Source: Callorhinchus milii (taxonomy: Eukaryota). Taken from it: a stretch of DNA of 64,000 bases. Below the pieces are notes generated by a model that did not search any database, was not told where the DNA came from, and worked only from the letters and a program-made list of their open reading frames with translations. The stretch spans positions 23,438,001 through 23,502,000 of the forward strand of contig NW_024704742.1 of the NCBI RefSeq assembly GCF_018977255.1. The letters run 5' to 3'. How positions within the stretch are numbered: position 1 is the first letter of the stretch; each line of letters opens with the position of its first letter. This document shows, in pieces, positions 10,256-22,121 of this stretch. The position numbers and the translations under genes are program-made.

Positions 10256-11335
10256 ATGATCGCGGCTCAAGCCAAGCTGGTCTACCAGCTGAACAAGTAC
10301 TACAACGAGCGGTGCCAAGCTCGGAAAGCCGCGATCGCAAAGACCATTCGGGAAGTGTGCAAAGTAGTTTCCGATGTCCTCAAAGAAGTGGAAGTCCAAG
10401 AACCCCGCTTCATCAGTTCTCTTAGCGAGATCGAGACGCGCTTCGAAGGGTTGGAGGTGATCGCCCCCACAGAGTTTGAGGTGGTCCTGTACCTGAACCA
10501 AATGGGGGTGTTCAACTTCGTGGACGATGGCTCGCTGCCTGGCTGTGCCGTGCTCAAACTGAGCGACGGCCGCAAGAGGAGCATGTCCCTTTGGGTCGAA
10601 TTCATCACAGCATCGGGCTACCTGTCAGCCAGAAAGATCCGCTCCAGGTTTCAGACCCTGGTGGCACAGGCAGTGGACAAATGCAGTTATCGGGATGTAG
10701 TGAAGATGGTAGCGGATACGAGTGAGGTGAGGCTGAGGATCAGGGAGCGCTACGTGGTGCAGATCACCCCAGCCTTCAAGTGCACAGGCATCTGGCCCAG
10801 GAGCGCGGCTCAGTGGCCCATGCCGCACATCCCGTGGCCAGGACCCAATCGAGTGGCTGAGGTCAAGGCAGAAGGCTTCAACCTGCTCTCCAAGGAGTGC
10901 TACTCCCTGACAGGCAAGCAGAGCTCTGCCGAGAGCGATGCCTGGGTTTTACAGTTCGGCGAAGCTGAGAACAGGCTGCTGATGGCGGGCTGCAGGAAAA
11001 AGTGCCTCTCGGTTTTAAAGACTCTGCGCGATCGGCATCTGGAATTGCCGGGGCAGCCGCTCAATAACTACCACATGAAGACACTGCTGCTCTACGAGTG
11101 CGAGAAACACCCGAGAGAAACCGACTGGGACGAGTCGTGCCTCGGCGACAGGCTGAACGGCATCCTCCTCCAGCTCATCTCCTGCCTCCAGTGCCGGAGG
11201 TGTCCTCATTACTTTCTCCCTAACCTCGATCTTTTCCAAGGAAAGCCCCATTCGGCCCTGGAAAGCGCAGCGAAACAGACTTGGCGATTGGCGAGAGAAA
11301 TTCTTACCAACGCAAAGAGCCTCGACAAGCTATAG
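10256..11335 (+). CDS. MAB21L2: Protein mab-21-like 2, single coding exon, 359 aa (Mab-21/cGAS-like nucleotidyltransferase fold)
   Basis: Uninterrupted ORF MIAAQAKLVYQLNKYY...REILTNAKSLDKL*, with the ATG at 10256 in context ccaacATGa. As I recall the paralogues, these segments match MAB21L2 rather than MAB21L1: VYQLN, SLSEI, IRERY, AAQWPMP, ECYSLTG, QFGEAE, TLLLYE, ALESA, SLDKL. It is nested antisense among LRBA-like exons, the known arrangement. The ORF-track start at 10199 is a TTG. Confidence 0.97.
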   Translation: MIAAQAKLVYQLNKYYNERCQARKAAIAKTIREVCKVVSDVLKEVEVQEPRFISSLSEIETRFEGLEVIAPTEFEVVLYLNQMGVFNFVDDGSLPGCAVLKLSDGRKRSMSLWVEFITASGYLSARKIRSRFQTLVAQAVDKCSYRDVVKMVADTSEVRLRIRERYVVQITPAFKCTGIWPRSAAQWPMPHIPWPGPNRVAEVKAEGFNLLSKECYSLTGKQSSAESDAWVLQFGEAENRLLMAGCRKKCLSVLKTLRDRHLELPGQPLNNYHMKTLLLYECEKHPRETDWDESCLGDRLNGILLQLISCLQCRRCPHYFLPNLDLFQGKPHSALESAAKQTWRLAREILTNAKSLDKL

Positions 11336-11635
11336 TAAAACTTGTGATCCCTGCAAACTTATTCAGCAATTAGCGCAAGGCACACGGTGTGAACTTATTA
11401 ATAATTAAACAGAGGCTTTAAGAGAAGCAAACGGACTTTGGCGTGAAACAGATCTAAGGTACATTTTAAACTACGGTAAATGTAACCGACAAACTTGTTT
11501 TGGATGTTGTCAGCCTGCGAGGAATCTTTATTTAAGTATGCAGTCTTTTAAAGGCCAAGGCAATTTCTGTTGTGAAATGTATTTTGCGTGCCAATTCCAG
11601 ATTCTGTGCCCCTGAAAAAGACGTGTAATAATGGT

Positions 11636-11641
11636 AATAAA
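11636..11641 (+). terminator. Candidate proximal polyadenylation signal of MAB21L2
   Basis: AATAAA 300 nt after the stop, with U-rich sequence downstream. An alternative is the variant TATAAA at 12010-12015, followed by the GU-rich tctgttgtcgtgttt. Confidence 0.4.
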
Positions 11642-14600
11642 ATTATTTACCTTACTGCACTTTTTGTCAGTTAATTTACATGTGAGCGAGTTAGTTTGGT
11701 TAGATCGCTGCTTGGCAAATTCGAGTTTAACATTGCGATGCAATGCATTTTAAATGAATCATAAAACGTATTTATATGCTCAATTCCCCCGGCGCCGTAA
11801 GAAGAAATTTACAAGTAAAAGCATCGCTTGTATTTGTGCAAAGGGTCAACAAAAAAAAACACAATTCAAAATAACTTCAGTATTTTAAACAGTAAATGTC
11901 ATGGGTCCAGTTCCAGTTCCCTTTCATCTCGTTTCATGGGTTATTAGTTATCCTTTTTGCAATATTTTTTTTAAAAAATAACGTAACTTCAAATAATTCA
12001 AACTCTACATATAAACTATTTTATCTGTTGTCGTGTTTACTCCTTTAAAGTCTGGTCAGAAGCTGCGTCGACTTATTTCAAAATATTTCAGACACCTCGG
12101 CATCTCACTGACAGGGAAAATCACTTCCTAAAACGTCGAGTCGCCGAAAAATGAAACATTAGTCGGGTTATTACTGAAGAATTTCTTTGAAAAATAGTCA
12201 AGATTTCAGGTGACCTCCAGTAAATATATCGATGCATTTGGGGCGAAACTAAACTTTCTCTGTCTCACGTGCAATGGTGTGAATGGGTTCTAAGCCTTTT
12301 TTTTTAAAAAAAAGGTTTTTTTTAAAAAAAAAGAAAAAAGTGGAAGAAAGTCAAAACGGCCGATTAGGGCCTAAAACATAATACATCCGCAAAATCCAAC
12401 CTCGGATGCAGACAGCAGCAGCTCTCGATAACCCGAACAGGGCACCGCTATGTGCTCTGGTTTACAAGGGAAGATGGGGGACAGGGCAGCTCCAACTGTA
12501 GCCTAACAATAAAACAGTCACCAACAATGGCATCCGGGAAGGCCCGGAATCACTGCGGCCGATAGGCCACCGGGACCACATCCAAATCAAGTATGTGGCG
12601 GCTACAGAGCAATCGTGTACTCCTTGTGGGTTATTTTCATCCGATGTAGATGACAGAGCTCGAGGAGGGTTCAGAATATGGAGTTTTGATATGACTGGAA
12701 ACTCAGTGTTTTTGTTTAGTGTTACAGCTCCACTTATATCTGTAGGGGTACCTCTTAGTGAGAGGGAACACTACTCTGAACTTTAGCATCTACTGTGGAA
12801 ATCTCCCTACATCACCGCGTTGAAGTTACATACGAGCCCACCCCAATTCTGACAAACCAGAGATATAAAAAGATACAAACAGAGATATCATGATTTTAGT
12901 AGTAATTCATTAATGAAAAGAAAAGTTTCGATTTTAACATCACATTTTTGGTTATCAGATAAACAGAAACTATCGCAATTTTCAAATCTATATTCGAATT
13001 GGGATTTTAAATGCTGCCTTAATATTTTGTGACCACCTCACATTGTGGAATATCTCTGTTTGGAAAAACCCTCCAAATAGATTCTAAAACAGAGACATGT
13101 TTTTTTAAAAAAATTAAAACAAACCTCAAGCTAAAATTATATATATATTAACTACAGCAACCTGGATTGATTGAATGGATAGCAGTTCAAATGTTATTTA
13201 ATATTAGCAAAATAGTCACTCTCACAGGTCACTGGGATTGTACCGAGTCAGGAAGGTTATCGGTTTTTAAAGAACGATATACCTAACGGAAGGTTCAAGT
13301 GAACTCAAGTCAATTCGGGATTAGTCCTTGAAATATATCCGAACTATGATTTTTTTAAAAAAAATCGAGGGTTTGCGAGGGGACATTCAACAGGCTTCAG
13401 ACCAGCTCGTCAGCTTTCAGCTCTCCAGCTACTGTCGGGTTAAAGTCAAATTGGTGTAAGTGTGAAGCCCAGGGTTATCAGCAGATCTTATCAGAGCCTC
13501 AAATCTGGTAAGAGCTTGTCAGGCTGTTTTGGTTTCTGGTGTTAAGGACAAACAACAGCCACTCCTTACAAAATCGCTCAAAACTAAACAGCTTATGCAC
13601 TGTGGGCAAAGAGGGAAAGGAGATCACTGCTTTAGGAATAAGCTTTTAAGGAGATTTATATTCCTTCTAATTTAATTTTATCCGCTTCCACCCCGGACAG
13701 ATACTTAATCCCGAATTGACTGAATTGAATATTACGATATTTTCATCTCGTTCGTAACGTCGGTTGGTGATTCGGTATTACACACTCACGGGCTTCTCAT
13801 AAAACAAAATGCATTGTGAACAGAGAAAATACTGATACATTATTTGAGGGGGGAAATAAAGACTATCAGGGCGATAGAAAATCGCATTGCAATTTCCGGG
13901 CTAAAATCTTTAAACGTTTGTTTGATACTCAGAAGTATTATTTTAACACAAATACGGACTAAAATCTAAATGAGATTTGGGCCCCAACTAATGGGAATCA
14001 CAACCCGCAGTTGTAGTACTGTATTCCATTTTATTGGCGATTTCAAATTTTAATTTCAAAATATTCTAACGTTGCCAGGATATATATTTTTTAAAAAAAC
14101 TATATACAGTAAGTAGTTGGATATATTGTCGTGGTTCTCAGAGGGCCACATACCTTTCTTGATCTTATGCAGGAAAGGGGATAAAGTTTGATCGCACTGT
14201 TTCACACACATCTATGAATTCACTTCCCATTCCTTTCAGTCACTGCGCTATGTCCTTTTATAACTCCCGAAATCGGAAGGATGTCAGGCACCAACAGTGA
14301 TGATTTAGCAGAAAATATGGATCCTTTAAAACTTGTAGAATCAATACTTTTTAAACTTATCGTAAGATCAACTTTTGACAACATTTTGCTGTGACGCGTT
14401 AATTCCACCTCATCGTATTGTATAAGAAGCTGAGCATCCAGATATAAACTGGCAGAATCCCCTCCAATACATCATCGCAAATCGGGCTCGTCTCTCAATG
14501 TGGTCTTTTGACACTCGAGACGGGCACTGTACAAATAATTAAGGATATTGTTAAAAAATAATGTGCCTTTTTTGCTAAACGGACGCGTCTATTCATATCG

Positions 14601-16082
14601 AAGAATTGCAGTGTTGTGGATTACCAAATAGCGTTTGTCAAACCTTATTGTCTTACACCCACAGAGCCGAGAGCACAGCAGTTAATTATGCTTTTGCATA
14701 GTTAATCTGAACTGTAAAACATACATATATACGTATCTATGGTGAGATGGTATAAAATGGTAACATGGTTCAAAGGCAAACGCGATAATGCTTCACATAA
14801 AGCAGTTCAGTACACTAGTCTCATCATTCCCCTTAACAAGGCGGGAAACCACTCTGAACCTGACCAGTATTTCAGCGCTAGTCAACAATATCAATACAAT
14901 TCAATCACAAAACCAAGGGAGTAGCAGCTCATTGTTATATCTGGGAGTAAAGTGCAGCTTCAAACCCAACCATCGCCATCCAAAGCCGAGAGAATGCACC
15001 ACCTCGGTGGATAAAAATGTCAGCTAAACGCCCGTCAATGACAGAATTATCTGGTGAAATATTCAGATGGCTCTGATTTGTTGGCAGATTTCAGTGGCTA
15101 TAATGTACCAATTATTAATGCATCTGAATAATTCTCTCAGGACTTCCGTAATTGCACAACAGCATTCAAATTGAGTCGAAATGATTTGAAATACAATTAA
15201 TTAACGACTTCAGGAGCAAAAATATTGTTACGGCTGCTAATATGTAAATATGAACAGGGGCGCGGAACAATAATAATCCTTGCATTTAAGTAACCACAAT
15301 CATGGAAAACAGTCTGCTCATTTACTGGAACACGCAGAAGGCATCAACAAATGTTTTATCGGCCAAACAAACAGCTGGTGTTGGTGTCTGAGGAGGAAAT
15401 AAAAACAAAAGAACCGCCCTACGATTTAGGGCGTCTGAAAGAATGGGAATTTGCTGATTGTGTGCGAGATTGGGGCAGATATTAACCTTCCAGATTTATT
15501 TTCCTCTTGGCTGTGGGAAATACATTTTGCGTTCATAATTAATACTCCACCTTTGTAAAAAAAGGAAACCTCCATAAACACCACCACACTCGATAAAACT
15601 TCGTACCGTGCGTAACGCTGTTTCAAAATGCGATTTAATATATGAAGACTTCGGTCATGAAAGGAGGCGAGAGAAAAAAAATCTCTTATAAAGAGACTCC
15701 AGAGCAGAAACGCAAGTGGCTATCTCATCTCAATGTCAAAAGCAGTATATTTCGCGTGCAGGACTGAATCATACTGGCACGCTGGGCGTACTTTAGGGAA
15801 CCGAATTGCAATTGTTATAGGATTTGCATTTTATTTAAATTGTACATAATTATGTCAACTATATTATAATCCCATTCGTGATTTTGCTTTCCAGCAACTG
15901 TGTGTAGGATAGCACTGCTCTGCTGTGGCATTGTATTCAACGTCATGAGTCTTTGCCCTCCATCGTATGAAAACACGATAGTGTTTGTGCGGTCAGTGCA
16001 GTTTCTGCGCTGGGGTTAAAATCTGGTGCACTTAAAAGAGTCGTCATTAAATTCAGAGTCCGATGCATCAGCGTTGCCTTAC

Positions 16083-16219
16083 CTTGGGATCTAGTTTTTT
16101 ATAACTGGGATCTTCCTCGTCCACCTCGAAGTAAAGCTCTGAGGACGTGATTGACAAGGTTCCCTTAGCAACCACCACCGGGGCGATGAGCTGGACAGCA
16201 GTGGTGAAATTCACCGGTC
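16083..16219 (-). CDS. LRBA: LRBA internal coding exon, 137 nt, start of the BEACH-type PH domain: (G)PVNFTTAVQLIAPVVVAKGTLSITSSELYFEVDEEDPSYKKLDPK
   Basis: Translated by hand. Acceptor tcctgttccag, donor AAG|gtaagg, phase 1 to phase 0. KGTLS.TSSELYFEVDEEDP matches LRBA. The intron after it contains MAB21L2 and runs off the left end of the window. Confidence 0.95.
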
Positions 16220-18587
16220 CTGGAACAGGATAAAGGGCGACTTACTAACAACTTTTTTTTTTTTTTTACATTTTCGTTAAGATCGAGCAAAAGAAAGACT
16301 CGCCAAAAATCAGATACTGCGAAAATAGAGAAAAGAGAGAGTAGGAAAAGTATTGCCCCCCAAAAACACACGGCTGAAAATTAAGCTGCTATGTTACTAG
16401 TAGGACCGTAGTATTCATAATATTTTTTTAAAAAAATAACGTTTGATTTTAGTACGGACCGAGGCGTTTTATTTATAACTTCAAATTTCATTTTTTTAAA
16501 AATTAACAGTGACCTTAGTTCCAATTTGTGTTATTTCTGAATTTCCATGCAATAGCCTGTAGGATGTATTGGCCAAATAGTCATTCCATTCATTTGAACT
16601 AAATGCAAGCACAGTCCTACACTGCATTTACCAAATTATACACTTATTTAGGGCGTTGTTCAAAATTGTCAAAACAAGGAAAAAATTGGAATTCGAACAA
16701 CAACCATTTTTGTATTAGCTTTTAACTTGTGCTAACCTCGGAATTATATGTATATATAACATATACACTATATATAGTATATATAATATTTAAACTTCTT
16801 TTTAATGGGAATTGCTGTTGTTTTGTGAGACTAGGAATGCGCATTTCACAGCTGCCCAGTTTGGTTTCCAGCTGGATGCACTTCATTGTAATAATTACTA
16901 AGTACAGGGGGATTTATACAGAAGGAATACCACTCACAGCGGAAGCACTGGGAAACACAATGCCTGTAAAATACACAGAGGTTTATCTGATGGGTTTCGA
17001 AACACGGAATCATAAAACCTATAATGTCCATAGAACTACATAAGTGGCAAAGACATGGCTAAATATTATGATACACACAATATAGTCTAACGCACCGTGC
17101 TACGCTCCAAAATATCAATAAATATTAATACAAAATATTATAGTAGGCCAATGTACGATCGTGACCAGGTTTGTTTTTCACGTCGTGTATGTCAATGGCA
17201 GCGTTTTGTGGAATGAAATCAGCACTTATAAGCCACAAACAGACCCGATATGAATGTACAAAAACACCTTCCCGTTGTACTCCGTGGAATGGCGTGTGTG
17301 GATCCCAGAGGCGCAGCGCTTTCCAACTCTCTAAAGATACGTTTCTAATGTAGTTTAGTTTTAGTTTAGAAATGTGTAAGATATCAAATGAGGTCCATGC
17401 GCGAAATGGCCAAGGCAATCAGTCTATGAGTAATTGCCAAAAAAAATTCCAAATTAATTGTCATTTCCATTGATTGTTCAGACCTGGGTAGTCTTTAATC
17501 TCTCATCAATCTTAATGTATGCCACCTCGACAATAGCAGGCGATTCTCATGTGAGATTAGAGCAGTATTTGCCCTCTATTCCCACTCTACAATATATTGT
17601 GTTTGCAGATGGTCAGCAGATAGACACAAAACCGCCTTGATTTCCCCAAGCTCTTTCAGAAATGGATGGAATCGCCATCTCGTGTTCCTTGCCGTCTCAC
17701 TGTGCCCTTAATGCATTAACATGGAATACAGGAGAGAAATAACATTTTTCAATCACGATGAGACATTCAATTACAACGAGAACACAGGAGCCATCTGCAA
17801 TGATCTGGCATTGCATACAGCCCATGGCTCCTGTAGAAGACCCCTGACGACTTCCAGTTAATTTACACCACAGACTTTATTAGAAAGGATTACTGCTTAA
17901 GCCTATTCCCAGTATCAAGATTTTATAATTAAACCCCGCTCTCACCCTTTGCGGGACCTATTAGAGAGTTCGGCTTTACTGTACTGGGAAAGTGCTACGC
18001 CCAGCAACAATTTCACACTTGTTACTCCAGCTGAATGTTCTGAAGTAAAGCAATCCTACGCAAATGGCATAAATATAAATAGCGCTGTTAACCCTGGTTG
18101 AGTAAGTGTAAATTGAAGTGTGCATTAGTGAAGTGAAGAGCCGGTCAGGGTTCTGACACCACATAATAATTAATGAAATAATAATAATAATTACTGCAAA
18201 AACGCTAAACTCCAATGGCAATGTGTATCTAAATGTGTTGTGACACTAGTTATATTCTAGAAAGTTTAGAATGCATTATTCACTTGAATTATGTTAATAG
18301 TTCGCTGAATGAGGGCTCTGACACGCTATCCTGCGCCTGGGGGCACTATATAAATGCAAGTAGTTGTTGTTATTCTTGTTGTAAAACTTAAACTCCGGAT
18401 TGAACGTTTGAAAAATGAAATATTAATTGTTCTAATAATGACATAAATATTAAATTACGCTCAGGTAATCCCCAGAGTTCCTATTTTTAAACGCAGGAAC
18501 TCTGTACACAATAGTGGCACTTTCCCTCGACCCATGCTCAAAATAATATCTGCAATAAACCTTCTTGTCCACTAATGACGATTCCAT

Positions 18588-18912
18588 CTCTCCTCCCTGT
18601 ACCCAGCGATCTCCCTCTGTACCCAGATATCTCCCTCTGTACCCAGATATCTCCCTCTGTACCCAGCGATCTCCCTCTGTACCCAGATATCTCCCTCTGT
18701 ACCCAGATATCTCCCTCTGTACCCAGATCTCTCCCTCTGTACCCTGCTATCATCTCTCTCCCTCTGTACCCAGATCTCTCCCTCTGTACCCAGATCTCTC
18801 CCTCTGTACCCAGATCTCTCCCTCTGTACCCAGATCTCTCCCTCTGTACCCTGCTATCATCTCCCTCCCTCTGTACCCAGCGTTTACAGCTATCAGCTCC
18901 TCCCCTCTGTAC
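18588..18912. repeat. Minisatellite, ~20-21 bp unit CTCCCTCTGTACCCAGAT(A/C)T
   Basis: About 14 visible units, including two longer CTGCTATCAT variants. Confidence 0.93.
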
Positions 18913-20389
18913 TGAGCTATACCTATCAGCGCTTTCTCCCCCCCGTGCTCAGCCATAGCAGCTACCGGAGCTCTCTCTCCCCGTACACGGAGTCAGCTGC
19001 GCCTTTTGCTCTCCATACGCTGACTATTCTTTAGCGATGAACCCGCTTTCCCCCCCATCCCGTCCCATGTCCCGGGTTAGTGAGTAACCTCAATCCCTTC
19101 CCTTGTGCTCAGGCGCCGGGAGTGAGGGCATTCTCCATCCTCCCTCGCGATGCCCAAGGATAGAGAGAATCCGCTTTCCCTGCCCAAGTTCACCAAAGAG
19201 AGTAATAATAGTAATCTATGTGCTCCCCTCCTCCACCTTGTCCACGGTCTGTCTCACCCGTGCCCATCAACAGCAGGAATCCTCCCTCTGGAGGAGCCTT
19301 TAGCCAGAAATGTCCCCAAGCGCCCCCCGCCCGCCCGCCGTCCAAACTAACTGTTGTTTTCTCGACTCGTCGTCCATATGAATTCGCATTCACCAATTAG
19401 TTCCACATCAGAAAATAATGACTGTATGTCTGGGTTTACTCCATTTAACCCGCGTCACATCACCTGCTTAAAATACTACCCCGCAGGTGAAGCGGAGCGG
19501 GAGGTGGGACAGGACTGATATCCGCAGTCATTTGAATTTGTTCTTTGGAAGTATGTTCAGTGGTGTTGAGGATTCAGGTAGAAGTCGTTTCACTATTGAA
19601 CATCCATCAGCCGGACAGATCAGTCTCAGATATACACACACAAGGCATAATAAATAATAATGATAATAATTATTACACAAGGTATGATCTGAGAGTCATG
19701 GGTGGGGGGGGGGGGGGGGGGAGGGGGGGGGGTCTGGATCCACTAAATGACACCAGGGGGAGGAATGAAACTCGGGATTACCAACTACAAGTCACTATTA
19801 GTGGATATCTTTTGAAATGTTGAAATTCGAGGTTTATGATCTTCTCCGTCTTTTTAAGTCGTTCTTTCCCGTATCGCTGATGTGTACCATTGGGAGTCTG
19901 TCCGCCAGAGACTGGTCAGGAGGGGCAACACGGGCACTGCACTGCCTGACTGCCCTCCCAGGGAAGGCTGGTGGGGTGGGTGGGTGGGTGGGTGGGGTGG
20001 GGTGAGTGAGTGAGTGAGTGAGTGAGTGAGTGAGTGAGTGAGATCCGAACAGGTCAACGACCGACTGAGCTTTTCCGACACACGGGAGAGAAAAAAAAAT
20101 AGGATTTGCTTTCCCGACCAGTCAAAACATTTCACCCCAAACTTTCCCCCCCACCCCCCACCCCCCTTCCCAAGGTGAGCAGGAGTGAAGTGAAGTGAAG
20201 TGAGGTGCAAGGGAGCGAGCAGACGAGGAAAATGACATGTTTTATTGGCTTCATTAGGGACCGGGACACTTCATCACTGTCCCCCCAGCGCCGCTCCCCG
20301 GACTACTGAGCTTCGTGAAGGTACACACACACACGCGGGGCCGGACTTGTAAACGTTGGGCCGCTGTGAAGAAAGACAAATTAATTTAC

Positions 20390-20536
20390 CCGCCATGTTA
20401 TCAATCTCCTTCTCCTCGAGTGAAGTGAGGGCGTCGTCATCTCCTTCCAGGAGGCTGTCGCTCTCGGGGTTGTGGTTGCCCACGGCCTGGGTCCGGAGAG
20501 AGGGTCTGCCTTTCACCAGCACATCCTCGGCAGAAC
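20390..20536 (-). CDS. LRBA: LRBA internal coding exon, 147 nt: (G)SAEDVLVKGRPSLRTQAVGNHNPESDSLLEGDDDALTSLEEKEIDNMA(G)
   Basis: Acceptor tctccccacag, donor G|gtaaat, phase 1 to phase 1. It matches the acidic linker (LLEGDDD...EKE.DN.AG) before the PH domain of LRBA/NBEA and is in frame with both neighbouring exons. Confidence 0.93.
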
Positions 20537-20545
20537 CTGTGGGGA

Positions 20546-20576
20546 GACACACACAGACACACACACACACACACAG

Positions 20577-20617
<41 letters not shown>

Positions 20618-20654
20618 CACAGACACACACAAACACACACACACACACACACAC
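20546..20654. repeat. Interrupted (CA)n microsatellite abutting an LRBA splice acceptor
   Basis: Directly visible. Confidence 0.97.
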
Positions 20655-20721
20655 GGGCTGTTGAGAAGTGCCAGTACTCAAGTCAGTCAGTCACCTCCGG
20701 CCGCGGTCACAAAGCTAATCA

Positions 20722-21000
20722 CAATTATTATTATTAATAATATTATTCATATGCATTAATAACATTATTAATATATTATTAATATTATCAATATATTATT
20801 CATATTATTATTATAATATCATTAATATTATTATTGTAATATTATCAATATTATTATTATAATATTATTAATATTGTTATTATAATATTGTTATTATAAT
20901 ATTGTTAATATTATTAACAGTTATTATTATTATTATATAATAATGTATATTTTGTAATAATTTATTATAATACAATAATAATTATGAATTATTATTATTA
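20722..21000. repeat. AT-rich low-complexity (TAT/AAT)n tract
   Basis: Directly visible. Confidence 0.9.
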
Positions 21001-21526
21001 CAGTAAAAGACATCTCTTACGGGCAATAACCTCAAGGTTTTTTTTTAAACAAAAAAGTGTTTGAAATTTAGGGAAACGGCCTCGGTTTTAGAAGTACAAA
21101 TAGGTGCATTTTTTTTTCTTCCAGAAGTTCGTCGTCTGCTGTTTATAAAAGCTACGAGATCCGCGGGGTCTACTCGAACACAAACACAACAATAATAATC
21201 CTTTGTAATCTCAAAGCGTTCCACGAGAAGTACTGTAACGTGAGTTTACTGTCTGGTTTGGGGCGAAACCCAAGTAAAGATAACAAATAAAACCACGTGT
21301 ACTGTTCCCATTGCACTTCATGATCATTTCAAAAATGCAAGGATTATTATTATTAATATTATTATTATTATTATTATTGCTTCTTTCATTCAATAGTCGG
21401 CACATTTCCACTTCGAATGCCCCCCGTTTCCGAACCGGATGGTGTTCACATAGATATCGAGCACTGCTTCCACTGGATGTGTGTCCCGGGACAGCTCACT
21501 TGCGCTCGCTGCAGCTTCAAGAATAA

Positions 21527-21591
21527 ATGAATGGATGAATGAATGACTGAATGAATGACTGAATGACTGAATGACTGACTGAATGGATGGA
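21527..21591. repeat. (TGAA/TGAC)n tetranucleotide repeat
   Basis: Directly visible. Confidence 0.85.
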
Positions 21592-21967
21592 TCATCTTTG
21601 CTCAATTTATCTCGCGTCCCATTTCGATTTCCCCCCCTTTTCCTAGAAGTCAGTGAAACCATGGGGTGGACCTTACAAAACACACACAGTCTCCATCCAC
21701 CCACTGCGTTTCTTTTTTTTTTCGCAAACGCCTGTGCAATCCAAACCTGCCCCGGCGAGAAAACCACCAGGGCATCTCCGGATCGCAGAAGCATCCGTGG
21801 GGGGTGGGGGGGGGAAAGAAATATAAAGCGAGTGTGTGCATTAACTGGAAGTGATGAGCCGAAAAAAAAAATAACCCGAAAAAAGTCATGAACGGTTTTC
21901 TGGTTTTATAAAAGATGCGAGAAAGAAAAACTGGTTAATAGTGAATTGCTCGTTTCAATATAATAAA

Positions 21968-22019
21968 GGGGGTGTGGGGGGGGTGGGGGGGCGTGTGTGT
22001 GTGGGGGGTGGGGGGGGGT

Positions 22020-22066
<47 letters not shown>

Positions 22067-22121
22067 GGGTGGGGGGGGGGGGGGGGGGGGGTGTGGGTGT
22101 GGGGGGGGGGGGGGGGGGGGT
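21968..22121. repeat. Poly-G/(GT)n tract
   Basis: Directly visible long G homopolymers. Confidence 0.9.

Noticed and set aside
10256..11335. Reading the Mab-21 domain as a cGAS/CD-NTase immune system
   Set aside because: The protein is near-identical to the developmental regulator MAB21L2, and no effector genes are nearby.
18588..18912. Regular repeat array that could be mistaken for CRISPR
   Set aside because: Head-to-tail units with no unique spacers, no cas genes, and a vertebrate context.
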